Assembly: GCA_051294375.1 (NCBI GenBank)
Contig: CM119269.1
Coordinates: forward strand, 11,266,883-11,330,882
DNA length: 64,000 bases
Reading direction: 5' to 3'
Origin: Paraspadella gotoi
Lineage: Eukaryota; Animalia; Chaetognatha
Part shown: piece by piece, positions 38,723 to 53,226 of the stretch
Position numbering within the stretch: position 1 is the stretch's first letter
Layout: each line of letters starts with the position of its first letter
Program-made: the position numbers and the translations under genes
The notes under the pieces: generated by a model
The model's database searches: none
Told to the model about the DNA's origin: nothing
Seen by the model: the letters and a program-made list of their open reading frames with translations, nothing else

Positions 38723-38800
<78 letters not shown>

Positions 38801-39576
38801 CCTAAGACGCAAAAAAAGAGAAACGAAAAAGCATCAAAGGTGACGAAGGAAAATAGACACCGAAAAGAGGAGGGGGAGGAGGAGGAGGAGGAGGAGGAGG
38901 AGGAGGAAGAGCTGAAATGGTTGAAGGGAAATAGCGGGAGGGCCGGAGGCAACACCCCGCTAATGTATTTATCAGCCTTTTTTGAATTTCAAAAACGTAG
39001 AGAGGCGATGAATAGAAGAAGGGGTTGTCACTGGAAGTTAAATAACCCGGGAGACCGAGCTACCTTTTCGAGTTGTCTTCGTTGTCGAGGTGTCGTGACA
39101 CACCGGTTTGAAAGTGAGGCGACTTACGATCGGTTATATCGATTATATAAAATCACGTTACAAATGAGGGCGGTTATAAATTGATTTCTTTAAATCGAAA
39201 CTAAGTACTGTGAATTTTAGATTTCAAAATGAAAAAAAAAAAACCAACGTATGTATGAAAAAAAAAGTTGAGAAGAGTGAAACAGATTTTTCAATTTGGG
39301 CGGGATTGTCCCAATTTGATAACCATAATCGATTCGAGAGACTCCTGCAGGAATAGAGACGAGGCCGAAAGGGGAGGGGGGATAGAATAGGGAAGGGGGG
39401 AGAGGACGGGGGGAAGAGTGGGTGATATGGAGAGAGATGAGCAAAGAGATAGAAAAGGGGGAAAAGACGGACAAAGTAAAAACGCAGAGAGATTAAGAAA
39501 GAGGAGATGAGGAAGAAGAAAAGCTACGGAAAGAGAGTGAGAAAAAAAGAGAGAAAAAAGGGATAAGATGGAGGGA

Positions 39577-39630
<54 letters not shown>

Positions 39631-40136
39631 ATTTCAACACAGAGAGGGAAGATTCTCATCTTTCAATTTCGATCTACTCAAAATCTCAGTGACTTTTTTT
39701 TCGGGTGAAAAACTCTTGAATAGGCTGCAAATCGAGTGTGAAGTGTCACAAAAACGAATTTCGTCGCGAAACTCTCTTATATCGGATACCTTTAATATAG
39801 ACGAACGAATTATACGAATTATACGAAATAACGTAATACATTATTCATCAAGTACGAATTTAACGAAAATGGCTTATAAACGGCTAATTAACCGAGCATC
39901 GATTACGCAGCATGCGATGTCTTGCTTATTACGAACTAAGGGCGAACATACGGCACGCCAATATCACGATTTCGACTCAACTTGTGGCATCGACGTCTCT
40001 CTCCTTTAGGCTTAAGCGGCTTGCCATCATTTATACTTTAAAATGAAGGGTTTTTTATTTTCATCTCCATTCTATCACTGTCTATTTAAATTGTATGGAA
40101 AGGATGTGCAAAGAGAGCGAGAGAGGCGTTCGGTTG

Positions 40137-40221
<85 letters not shown>

Positions 40222-40787
40222 TCCTCTTCCAAACAGTTTATCAGATGGACGGAGATGGGGACTAATACAGAAAGATAACATGGATGAAAGTGACAACTAA
40301 GTTAATTAATTAAATATATTCGCCAATTGCAATTGTGTAGTGACTCGAATGACGAAGACGACAAAGACGACGACAAAGTTGACGACGGTGACCTTACCAT
40401 TCACCACTGGTGAATCTCCCCACTCAACCATTTAGTGGAGGAAAGTTCCTTACCCACGTAACCATTTATTTACTGTTGAGCGTTACCAACGCTAATTCTG
40501 TTATTTTTATTATTGTTATATTTTCCTTTGTAATGATTTTCACTTTTTCTGTTTGCCATGGTTTTTAAACCATTAGACGTAAGTATTTGATCGCGAAAAC
40601 ATCTTATTTTTGCAAAAAAAATAATCATTTGAGAGTCGCCACAAATTGGTGATTGCCCGACGCAAGTAATAAACGCAACCTTCTAAAAATAAAAAAAAAT
40701 TCAAACTTTTCTACATAAAAAAAACCTTGAGACGAAACGGCTTCGAAAATTCTCGAAGATGGACGAGAATTTAAGAGAATTTAATCA

Positions 40788-41090
40788 AGTAGTATGGCCT
40801 GTGATGCCCATTGGGTTTGGTGGCTTCCGACCCTCCGTGACTCATCCAGTCACTGGCGTGGTTACCCCAGGACGGTCTGGCTTTGCCAACGCAGAGGGAA
40901 GTCGCTAGGACTGTGGATGGAACACAACGCCTGGGATGGTTTGTTGCCCCTCTGACCCAATGGTATTTGGTGAACGATCGTGGAAGTGAGGTAGTGTGAA
41001 TATACCACCACAGTAGCTTACTTTGCGTCATGAGCGGTAACGAACTCGTCATAAATAGAATCAAAAGTTCAGACATATATGCTAACTCCC
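40788..41090 (+). ncRNA. Candidate structured RNA with RNase P RNA-like motifs (alternatively a retroelement UTR)
   Basis: GC-balanced island with nested helices. Motifs GGACGGTCTG, TGGAACA, CAATGG and TTCAGAC occur in RNase P order but with atypical spacing. Confidence 0.25.
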
Positions 41091-43193
41091 GTCAATTACC
41101 ATCTGCCTTTTACCATCTGCTACTTACCATCTGCCACTTACCATCCTAGATTTTCCCAAATTCTCACCTTCTTTTGCAATGGGCTCAGCTTTTTTAGTTC
41201 GAAAAATTATAAAAGATATTGTCCACTAAACTAGAGTAACCAAAGATGTTTAATCTATTTTTAAATCGTTTTCGACAGTTCCGTCTCAAAAAGTCACAAG
41301 CTTCTCTCCGCCCCCAAAAAAAGTCGCTCCCGAAACACGGGTCTCAGTAAAATTTTTTGACAGAAACAAAGTGGGCAGAGAATTCGAATTGAAGGATGTT
41401 GAAGATGGAAAAATGGAGGAGTGGAAGAAGAGAGGAGGAATGAGCGGAGGAAGAGTGGAGGAATGAGAGGAGGAAGAGTAGTGGAAGAGTGGAGGAAGAG
41501 TGGAAAAAAGTGGAGGAAGAGTGGGAGGAGGAAGTGAAACATAAAACATGAAATGAGGTGATAATAAAGAAAAAATAGGAGGAAGAAGAAGAGTTGGAAG
41601 AAAAGAGATACTTATTAGCCTCGAGGAGAAAATTGACATACGTATTTAAAATAATGGCAGGAAGGACTCGAGTTGGCTTTAGGAGGCACACGTACTTTTG
41701 AGAGAGAAACCTGTTAAAAAGATTTAAATAATAATGAAGGGAGATGACGAAGAGGAATACAATGAGAAGGATGACGAAAAGAAAGGCGAAGAATAGAGAG
41801 ATAACGAGATAAAAATAGAAAACCTAAAGCCAAAGATTCGAAATAAAAAGAAAAAAGGAGTTAAATTAATTTGAAAGATAACATAGAATTAAAAAAGAAG
41901 AGAGATGATGAAGAAGCCAAAGAAAAAAAGAAAAATAGAGAGGATGAAGAGGAAGAGCAATTCCAAGAAATGGCGTGGGTGGTTAGTTTTCCTTGATTAC
42001 GATATTTTTTTTTATGAAAATGTGAAGGAGAACCGATGGCGCCAGCCAAGGAGAATGCTTTCGGTTGTGGAATAAATCGATATAAAAACCCCAATATAAA
42101 ACGTATAAACATTGGCGTCTTTCCCAGATGGCAATTGCCGCCTTTTCCCGAAACGATCGCAAATTAAAAAAGGGAAAAAACGAGGAAAAATTCGCTCAAG
42201 ACTCAAGAGGTGTTTTTTTTTGTTTTGTTTTTTATTCGACGCCGAGCGACTTTTAAACGATAATTTACAGTAAGCTGTATAAAACATGGTTATGTAATGT
42301 GTACCTTTAAACTTTGAGTGGAATCGAAAAAGTTTTCTTTTTAAATTTTTTTTTCCGAGAAATTTCACGAGTCACAAAAAGAAAAAGGAAAAGTTAAAGA
42401 GAGATTCAAGGAAAACAAGGGTTAGCGAAAGATTGGATGAAAAGAACAATTACGTTGGAGGAAAGAAAACAATTTATAAGAGGAAAAAACGGATAGAAAA
42501 GGAGAAAAGATAAAAATTAAAAGAGAAAAAAAATGTTTTTTTTAAGTAAAAAAAATTAGACGAATAAAAATGGTTAGAAACCTCGAGGTTATCAAACACT
42601 CTGATTATTCGAAGATATAGTGAACATTTGAGGTTTTAGGTTCGAGGTTAGACTTCCTCACATTTCGAACCAAAATTCGAGAATCAACTGATACTCACTC
42701 TCAGCCTGTAAAAGAAAATATGGACATCATCAACGACAACCAAAGTCAGATTTGGTTATCGCGATGCCCTCTTTCGCTAAAAATTGAACGGACCAACTGC
42801 CGTTATTGATTTATTCTCGTTCTACTGCTGCTGCAGCTACACTCTGACGCCGCCACTGCATTTTCGTAGTTTTTCTCTAAGACTTCCGGCAGACGGCGCC
42901 CGCGGAAAGACTTCTCCGAGGCCGGCTTCGCGGTTGGATGCCCGCTAATTGTCAGGGTCTGGCGAAAAAAAGCCCGACCTCCCGATTGGAGGCTCTGGGC
43001 TCTCGACTCGCGACAGCTGGCGCGGTCGTCGGTGACAATTTAAGGATTGGAGGCCACATTAGCGGAGAGGTTGGGCGACTTGAGGCGTGGGTGGGTGGGA
43101 AGTGGATCAGTGTGTGACCACAGGGGGAAAGAGGGGGTAGCGATCGGGAAGAGGGGGAAGAAAAAAGGCATGCAAATCAAAATGAGAGAGGTA

Positions 43194-43249
<56 letters not shown>

Positions 43250-43299
43250 AAAAGAAAGAAAAAGAAAGAAAAAAAGAAAGAAAGAAAAAGAAATAAAAA

Positions 43300-43375
<76 letters not shown>

Positions 43376-43383
43376 GAGAAGGA

Positions 43384-43434
<51 letters not shown>

Positions 43435-43621
43435 TGTTTTATTTAAAAGAAAAAGAGAAAGAAAGGGACATGAGTTAAAGGGTGAGTTAAAAAAGAGGAA
43501 GAGAGTTGTAACCCTGAAGATCCAGTGTTGAGGAAACGGTTCGACACAGGGACGCGAAATGCATGTGCGTCGAGGCGGAGGCGCTATAAACCATGGATGA
43601 TTTCATTGCCATGGACGCCAT

Positions 43622-43722
43622 AGAAGAAGAAGAAGAAGAAGAAGAAGAAGAAGAAGAAGAAGAAGAAGAAGAAGAAGAAGAAGAAAAAGAAGAAGAAAAA
43701 AAAGAAGAAGAAAAAGAAGAAG
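43622..43722. repeat. (GAA)n microsatellite
   Basis: Direct observation. Confidence 0.95.
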
Positions 43723-44036
43723 ATGAAAATGGGAGGATGAAAATGAGAAAAGGGAGAAGAGGAAAGAAGAGGACGAAGGAAAAAGCAAATAATCAGGACA
43801 AAGGCAAAGACGGAAGGTGAAATAGAAAGCAGTAAAGAGACAGAGCGCAAAAAAAAAAAAGAGGAAATGGAAAATGAATCAGAAGAGGGAGAATGGGACG
43901 AGAGGTAATAAGAAAGAAAGAAATGGAAATGAGAACAAAGGAATAAAAATAGCGGCGTGAAAAAAAAAATGGAAGGAGAAAAAGGGAAAAAAACGATAAG
44001 AAGAAAAAATATGAGGGAGAAAAAAGCCTTAAAGGG

Positions 44037-44068
<32 letters not shown>

Positions 44069-44074
44069 GAGCGA

Positions 44075-44169
<95 letters not shown>

Positions 44170-45977
44170 GGAGGAAGAGGAAAAAAAATAGTCGGCGGCG
44201 CATAAAAAGAGGGTAGTCAAAAATGGAGACAGAGTTGGTTCTTTATGGAGGGCAGAGTTATTTTCTCGGCGAAATATAAGTATGGAGGTGGAGGTTATGG
44301 GCAAGAGATAAAAACCGGATGAAGAAGGAAAGAAAAATCTTTAAAAAAATAAAAGAAAAAAAAGTATCTTTATTGGTGAGAAAAAAAAACAGTTTCCGTT
44401 TTCAAACCGCCCCCTACCCTCCTACTCCCCTCACCCCACGCCGCCAAAAAAAGAAGTGAAGAAAGATAAGACGTATGAGACTCGAAAGAGAAGGTCACTC
44501 CCCCCTTTTTCTCCCCCCCCAAAAAAAAGGGAAAAGAAAAGGAAAAAATTTCTTCGTGACAAAATCTGGAAAAAGTTGAAAGGCGTGCCGATGCCGTCGA
44601 CGTCGCCGACGCTGATCCCTCGCGATGTCGACTTTTAAAAATCAATACAATCATATTTTTTCTTGGTTTTTTGTTTCTTTTAGTTTGAGAGAATAAATTT
44701 GGTCGCATGCGGTTTCGACTTTCGAGTCTAACAAAATCTCTAAAAAGAACGGGGTTCGCTTTATAGGGACGGATATTTCTTTGTCGATTGTTCCGCCATT
44801 AGCTTAGGAAAATCAGGAAATCAGAGTTTGAAACGGTTGGGATAAGTTTAACCTTTTCAACAAAATTGTTCCGAAACCACAGTTCAAAAGTACTAACTGG
44901 CTTTTTCCACGCAATTGACCCGGTTAGTCCCGATCGATCTTAAAGAAGGGACGAGACCTAAGCGCCGTGGAAGAAGGAAAGACGCGTTCGAAAATCGATG
45001 GAGAACGAGGCGCGACGCGATGGGATCGTTCCACGCCCACCCTTGCCCAGAGACCCCCCCACCTCCGACCCCCCGACCCCACGACCCCGGCGACCCCGAA
45101 ACAACTCGGAAAAGGTCAAAGTTGGGACAGATACGCTGCGACGACACGACTCGACCGTTTGTCTCGCGCCAAGACGACGATTCGTGGCCCTCGAAAGGTC
45201 AGGGACGAAATGGTGGGGAAAAAAATTTGATAAAAGTTGAAGAAAGTTAATAGTTTTAAAACTTTGCAGCTATGCAGCTGTAAAGCACGTTTCAATGATA
45301 AGAAATTGGCTAGAACAAAAAACATTTCAATCAGTCCCGGATTTTCCTCGTAGGATGTTTCTCGTAAAACCTTCAACGGCGTCTCTTGCACAAGAAGCAA
45401 TTCAATTCTGTCATTAGTGATACTGTGATACTTTTTCAATTTTTATCAAAGCACATATTTAGCTAAAATTTATTTACTTAGTTTTCCTCTAAAACGCTAA
45501 TTATATTTTGACAACAAGAATTCTCAACTTATGTACTAAGCCTAAACAAATCACTGAGGGTGACTTTTTGAAACACTCTAATCGCGAGTTTTAAAGCGAA
45601 CTCACTTCGGCCGGAATCGTGAATTGAGCCGGGACCGATTAGCCGAGCCATTGCGGGTGAAAAAGAGAAAGCCCGGACTTTGGACCCGGCGGGCGAAAAA
45701 ACAAAAGAAGGGGAATGGCCAGTGGCAACGCCCATCCGGTGAACTGCAACGCGATCTCAAAGAGATAAACGCAGACACTCCGCGCTCCTTTCCCAGTCCA
45801 GACCTTCTCTCCGTTAACGCGGCAGAATTATTTTATGACCTCACATTCCGAATAGTCTCTCTCTCTCTCTCTTGCACTCTCTCTCTCTCGCTCTCCCTCT
45901 GCAAATGGAAGCAAACAAAAAGCCAAGAGAGATAAAAGAAAATGAGAAAGAGAAGCTGAGGGGAGGGAGAGAAAAAG

Positions 45978-46100
<123 letters not shown>

Positions 46101-47735
46101 AAAAAGTGACGATGTCTACGAGACGATGGGTCTAAACCGTCTTTTTTCTTGAATGGCTTTTCTCAGATTTAGTAATCGTTGTGAAGAAGATGTGCGGGAG
46201 GAGGAAAGAAAAAGAACATGAAGAGGAAGAAGAAGAAGAAGAAGAAGAAAAAGAAGAGGATATATAGAGAAAAGAGGGAGCAGAAGGAGAAGAAGAATGA
46301 GAAGCGGAGATGACCTTGAAGCGTCGCCGCTTGGCATTTCACGATGTTGTGACAAGAACGACGCGTCTCTCGCTCCGATCAACCAAAAAAAAAAAAAAAA
46401 GAGCAATCGACATCGTTGCATATGCAAACAAAAAACTCGTTCCATAGTAATGTGGTTTACGAAAAAAAAAAGGAGAAATAATATCGTTTGTGGTGGTTAA
46501 CAAAATCCAGTTTGGACTTTGTTAATTAATACTATATAAAAATCAAGTTCATTGATGAGCTTGTAAAAGAAAAAAAAACATAATAACATAATAACTAATA
46601 AATTTAAACAAACTTGTTTATACTGCTATAATGATAAAATATTTATCATATACCTACCCAATTTCAATTATTAGATTAATTTTAAAACGAAACTGATTTT
46701 AATGTTTAAAACTCTGATCCGTAAAACCGTGGATTCCATTAAGGTTCCAATCCTATTTCCGGTTTCCGCGAAGCAGAGAGAGAAAAAAAAACAGATTTGA
46801 TTTATTGCCGATGGAGAGAGGCGATTGAAGCACCAACGTTCAGTTTCAGCCTCGTTTTAGATTTAATTTAAAAAGGGAAAAATTAAATTAAAGGAGTTTG
46901 CACCCGTCTTTTTTTATCAAAAGATTGTATTATTTACTTTATATAGCACGTAGACTCTTTTTGAAACAAAAGATTAATCTAATGATGAAATTAAAAACGA
47001 GGATAATATCTCCAAGATACGCAATAAAAATTTAAACTTGATCCTTTTTGTCAGAATCGCAGCTTTTTAGGCTTATTGTTTTCGCTTCGGTTGTTGAAAT
47101 GTTTTTAATGTTTTAATGTTTTCCTCTTTGAATCGCAACATCTCTCGAGCGACAAAAATTTTCGCTTGATGTGAATTTTTAACGATTTTTCAAACAGCTT
47201 AAAAATATTAAAAATTGAACAACCTCACTTTGTAATTTGAAATAGCAATTGTCTAAAAAACACAAACTTTTATAATTTCTTACTAGATCGCGGAGAGAAA
47301 AAGAAGGTATTTAATTACATGAATAGTAAGTTGAGAGCACGTGAACCAAGATTGGCAGGTAAATGCAATCAAGGCAGACATGTGCAAACACGGACGCATC
47401 CTGCCGAAAGCCAATCCTCATTCCCCCATCGAAAAACGTGACTCTTGGCGAAAGGAAATGAAAATTTACGAGGCCATCGACAGAACGCGTAAAATTTTCC
47501 AGTTTTCCAGCGAATTTACCGCATTTTTTTTTTAACGGCTAACAACTGGTACAGTTTTCAAAAAGCTGGAGTGAGACAGAGACAGAGAAATAGGGAGATA
47601 AAGAAGGGAGAAAAAGAGAAAGTGAGAAAAAAAGCGTGAAAGCTCATATTTTTCGTAGATCTCATAACCCTGGTGCCTTTAAAAAATAGATTGAGTGAGA
47701 GAGAGAGAGAAAGAGAGAAAGAAAGAAAGAGATAA

Positions 47736-47819
<84 letters not shown>

Positions 47820-47962
47820 CTCTAACATCTACATGGGCCAAAGGGTTAGTTTGCTAAGAGCGGGAAAAAAGAAAAATTGGGCAAGAGAGTAGAAAAAAAA
47901 CGTTGCTAACAGTCAGACTCGTTTGCGAGCGAAAGACAAAAAATGAAGAGGCGTTTCGGTTG

Positions 47963-48036
<74 letters not shown>

Positions 48037-48556
48037 CAGAGAGAGAGAGAGAGAGATAGAGAGAGAGACTTGTTCTGGCGAGTAATAATGTTTCTCAGAC
48101 TGGTGGGAGCCGTTTATCTGCGGTGCTTTTTGTGGCCACCAGTTTTTTTTTCTTCATTTTTTTTTGCCAGAGACGCGAATAATATTTTGGAGGCGAGAAA
48201 CAATCAGGAGACCTCGTCGTCCAACGTTTGTCATTTGGCCAAAAGCACCTGACCTTTGGCGTCGTTAAGCGTCTTGTGGGTTCGAACTTGACTCGGTTTG
48301 TGTTATGTACTTCGTCGCATTTAGATCATAATGTGGGGAGAATAAATGTCGATTGACGAGCAAAGTGTCGTTTTGAGATCGTTTCGTCATTATCCTCCGC
48401 TCGTCTATTGTTATCGAGTGTCTCCGCCAATTTTGTAAGTAAAGAAGGGATTGGATCTTTCGCTTTATCCACCCGACTTTCAGTCTGCCCGTTATCCACA
48501 GAACTATGCGGCCTTCCGTCCGCGCGTCCATCTATCCGTTCATCCGTCCGACTCAC

Positions 48557-48695
48557 CTGGCACGAACGTCGCCCCAAAATCCTCCGAGTTTCCGGTGAGC
48601 GTCGCCGACAGAATTTCGTTGACTTCCGCCGAATCAGCGTCGGCGATCGATGCGGCGCCAACGCTGAAGTTGCCGGTGTTGTTCGCCGGTGCGAC
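48557..48695 (-). CDS. Cadherin gene exon (membrane-proximal EC: VAPANNTGNFSVGAASIADADSAEVNE...GATFVP)
   Basis: Acceptor (CT)nCAG|, donor |GTGAGT, phase 0 to 1, with a DxD Ca-binding motif. Confidence 0.85.
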
Positions 48696-48812
<117 letters not shown>

Positions 48813-48953
48813 TAATGTCGACTAATGACCGTGAAAGGGGCCATAAACGACTACAGAGTATTGAAAGATAGAGAGATAAGAGAGTCAACGACAAAGATGA
48901 AAGAAAGCAGACGACGATGATGACGACGACGACGACGACGACGACATCCTCAC

Positions 48954-49048
48954 CTTGAATCTGGTTCTCCCGACGAAATCGGGCGCGTTGTCGTTGACGT
49001 CGTGAACTTCCACCACCAGAGTCACGGAGTCGCGGAGACGAGGGTTGA
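48954..49048 (-). CDS. Cadherin gene exon (FNPRLRDSVTLVVEVHDVNDNAPDFVGRTRFK)
   Basis: DxNDNxPxF cadherin linker. Acceptor CCCTCCAG|, donor |GTGAGG, phase 1 to 0. Confidence 0.93.
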
Positions 49049-49497
49049 CTGGAGGGGGGGGGTGAGAGGTGGTGATAGGTGGTGAGGTGAGGAACATGGA
49101 ATGAATGGAATTTGAAGGTAAGGTTTTAAAGGCAAAGTGGGGAAAACCGAAAAGTCTAAAGAAAAGAATATCGTGGAAATGCTTTATCGTCAGTTCAAAA
49201 AGTCATTTTTCTTCCAAAAGTTAATTCGCAAAAGAATTATTTAAAAAACCATGCTGTTCCCTCCACTTTATGGTTGCAATCATTGCAGACAACCATAAAA
49301 CGAAGGGAACAAAACTATTTTTTTAAATAATTCTTTTTTAAGCAATGATTAATTTAAGTTCGCTTCTCGTCACGATGGGCTCCGATCTGCTATATACATT
49401 ATACAATATTTCGAAAACTACTGAAAATCCTTTCTTTGTTTTGTTGCGACGTTTGTCGAAGGCAAAAAGACCAAAAACCAGTAGAAGACAGAAATGC

Positions 49498-49564
<67 letters not shown>

Positions 49565-50341
49565 GTTCGGCAGTTAAATTATGCAAGCTCCCGCCCACCG
49601 AGGGGCCAGTGATACCCTGTCTCTCGCATCATCACCCGGGGTTCATCCCGGCATCGCTCTCCGACTCACTCCATCCATCATCTATCGCTACATCAGTCGA
49701 TTAAGCCATCATTTCCTCGTTTTTAACTATGGAAGTAAGTATCGCTCTATCCTCTTGTTATTTAATCTTTCTAGCAGCGTATCACCCCATAACCAATCAT
49801 CCGGTCGCCTAATCGCACCAGTCAAAGTCCACTCTTTTACTTCGAGCTACAACATCATTTCCCCATCAGCCTCACTTAATCTCACAATTTATTCGTCGGT
49901 ACATATTTCAAACCATTACGACGCCTTTAACCGAAGTAACGCGTTCCTTCGCCGTTTCGATCGTTAAAACTCATCACACTCCAATCTTCGAGACCCAAGA
50001 CCACAACCACAACAACAACAACAACAACAACAACAACGACGACCGCCCAATGGCTTCATCGTTTCTCGCTCGATCGCGACCAGTCGTCGTCGGTCGCCGA
50101 ATGAAAAACTCGAAGAAAAAAAAAAAATTTCCCGCTTGATGCGTCGAATCCAAAAAACGATTTCGCGATTCATTTCGCCTCGACTCATCACTTTCTTTTT
50201 CTTTATTTTTTCTTTTTTCTTTTTCTTTCTTTTTTCTTTTTTCTTTTTCTTTCTTTTTTCTTTTTCTTTTTTCTTTTCTTTCTTTTCTTTTCTCTCCTAA
50301 TGCAGCAAATTTGGTTTCGCGATGAAAAATGAAGATCTTAC

Positions 50342-50532
50342 GTCAGCGGTCCGGGGTTTTTGGGCAGCGGGGAGTCCGAAAGGGGTCCAAAGGGATTCGA
50401 GGCCGCAAACGAGGGAGAACATCGGTTTTGAGGATCCTCTCCACTGTTGACACGGGAAGTACAATCCCTGGAGCGCATATCTGACCCAAATGCAAATTCG
50501 ACTCCAGTTCCGGATCCGAGTGACTCAGCCAT
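50342..50532 (-). other. Candidate ATG-initiated first exon inside a cadherin intron (MAESLGSGTG...KNPGPL)
   Basis: AAAAAATGG start context, 63 open non-repetitive codons, strong donor |GTAAGA. Phase 2 is incompatible with the next cadherin exon. Confidence 0.3.
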
Positions 50533-51564
50533 TTTTTCTCGCGCCAGATTTAGCTAAGATTCTCAGCGAGACGGATGTTCTTAACCTCAGCGATTCGACA
50601 CGCGGATGCTATTTCTCGCGTTGGATGGCGATAAATCATTTTGATCGAAGACAATTCCGTCCCAAAAACCAACTCTAGATCTGAGCCGATGAATCATTTC
50701 TCCAAACTCTCCTCGTTTCCTTCCATCCCTAACGGCCTAGAACCGGAAGAGCACACTGCTAACTGCACAGTCCGTCTCTTCACTTCGTGTCCTAGATTTC
50801 GGAATCATTTCCTCCTGCGAGGGTTATGTTCATTGATCATTAATCATTCGCCAGGAACGGGATTTCGTCTGATCCTTTGATCGTTTCGCAATTCCGCAAT
50901 TGAAGAATGTACATTGTAGAATGTACATCTAAGTTATTTTTTCCCTAGTTCAGAGGGTCTGTGCTTGCAAACAGTCGGCCAGTCAGCTACCAAACGAGCG
51001 CCACATTTTTCTCATCGAATTCATATCTCAACTGTTTTAACTTCCCCTCCTTCCCATTTTTTCCCCTTTTCTACCCACGGGCTATTATTTATCCTTTCTA
51101 TTCTTTTTTATCCTTTATTCTCCCTTCTTTGAATCCCGAGTTCGGCTTTAATCCGCTTCGCATTCACTAATTCATGAGTGCAGAATCAATCGCTGCCTAT
51201 TTTATTAGACGCGAGAGAGACAGAGAGAGAGATAGATAGAGAGAGAGAAAGAGAATCCTTATTTTTGTTTTGGTCTCCGTCAATCGCGCGCGGGTGAAGG
51301 GGCCGATGGGGGGAGGGCGTGGAAAGGCTACGGTAGCGTCGTTTTGGAGCGGTTGGGATGAGGAGAGAATGGAGTATACGTAGAAAGATCGGAACTGTGA
51401 TGAGCGAAAGAGTGTACATTTTACTGTACAAGTTGTAAGCTTGCTGGTTCCATATTATGGTCACTTAATTTCATATGATTAAATCCAGAAAAAAAATTTA
51501 CTTTATTGTCACGAGAATGAAAAAAAAATATGCAGCATGAAGTGAATTGAAGTGAAGTACACAC

Positions 51565-52169
51565 TAAAGCGTAGTAAAATTTCTAAATTTAACTTTAATT
51601 AAAATTCTAAAAGTGAGGAACGAACAATATTATACTAATGAACATTTATGTAATAAAAAAATTATAATAAATTTTACAATTTTATGCAGTAGGCCATATT
51701 TATACTAGTACTAAACCAATAAATGTTTAAATTTCAAAACAGTTTTTTCTAAGATTTTTTTCAGATTTGGATTCCTCATAAAAAGTTGATAAAAAAATAT
51801 AACTCTTTTTAAAAAATTCCTTTATTAAGTGGGTCAAAAATTAGAAAAAGCTATATTTTAAGCTGAAAATTAACTTTATATATATTAAATATAGTTTTTT
51901 TAATTTTTAACCCACTTAATGAAAGAATTTTTAAAAATGATTTATTTTTCTTTTATCAACTTTTGATGAAGAATTCAAATCTGCAATCAAAATTAAGAAA
52001 AGCCTATTTTGAAAATTTTTTATATTATAAGGATAGTTACTATATATAAATATAGCCTACTGCGAAAATTAAAAAACATAAAATTAATTTTTTTTACATT
52101 AATTCACTGATGGTATGTTGTTCATAATTGACTTTTAGAATTTTCGTATGTAACTTTCACTATGCCTTA
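51565..52169. mobile_element. 605-bp foldback MITE with 8-bp TSD (hAT-like)
   Basis: Termini TAAAGCGTAGT / ACTATGCCTTA, TSD GTACACAC on both sides, ~300-bp imperfect inverted arms. A second copy at ~57470-58115 lies in the duplicated segment. Confidence 0.75.
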
Positions 52170-52314
52170 GTACACACACCAGAATCATGGAACGCATTAT
52201 TCAGCATATTCAGCATATTCAGCACACCATTTCTATTTACGGATACTCTTTCAAAACTGCATTAGGACAAGAAATTTTTGACGAAATTTGCATTAACGAG
52301 AAAGTCAAGACGGA

Positions 52315-52354
<40 letters not shown>

Positions 52355-52457
52355 ACGACGACGACGACGACGACGACGAGTTTATTGTTCGAATACTGGA
52401 AAAGGGTAAAGATTAAAAAAAGACTTTCTTACCTTGAGCGAAAAAGTCTCAAGGTTT

Positions 52458-52520
<63 letters not shown>

Positions 52521-52715
52521 GCGGAGAGAGAGATATTCTGTCTTCGACCCAAATAGTCATTTCACTGCGTTGTTATTTTTTTAGCGTCTGTAAAAGCGTA
52601 ACGTCACTTTGGGATCCATAACAAAACTAACGTAAAAACTTTCGTAATAATTTTTAATCATGTCAAACTTCATGAACTTCGATCATCTTTATCATGAAAT
52701 TCATCAAAAACTCAC

Positions 52716-52840
52716 ATCTGTCTTCGGCGGTGACAGTCATCTCGTAGGAATCCTGCACCTCCCGGTCCAACCGACTCTTGATCCCGATGTGACCCTGGTG
52801 ATCCACGAAGAACGGCGACGTCGTCGGGTACAGGGAGTAA
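52716..52840 (-). CDS. Cadherin gene exon (IYSLYPTTSPFFVDHQGHIGIKSRLDREVQDSYEMTVTAEDR)
   Basis: LDRE motif. Acceptor TTTTGTCAG|, donor |GTGAGT, phase 2 to 1. Confidence 0.93.
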
Positions 52841-52925
52841 CTGACAAAACGAGAAAAAAAAGTGGTCAGTCTCAAAAAAGGGAGAAAATTGAAAATGAGG
52901 AGAAAAAGTTGTCATGACTGTCAGG

Positions 52926-52990
<65 letters not shown>

Positions 52991-53226
52991 GGGGAGTCAA
53001 AAAGATAAATTAGTTTGTTCACTGGTATAAATTTTTTTTTCTTAAACTGAACTGTTACTAGTAAATAAAAAGGTTACTACTAGTAGATACAATGTTTAAG
53101 TATCATGTGAAACACGATTGTCACGACATATATTTATCAAAACTAAATATTGTTAATTAGTCGACCGGTTTAAAGAATAATTAACGGCTATTAAGTAGCA
53201 TAAAACCACGACAATCTCCGGCTTAC

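Noticed and set aside
43511-43552. CTGAAGA...GAAAC as a fourth hammerhead
   Set aside because: No convincing stem II closing at GAAA and no stem III or cleavage-site geometry.
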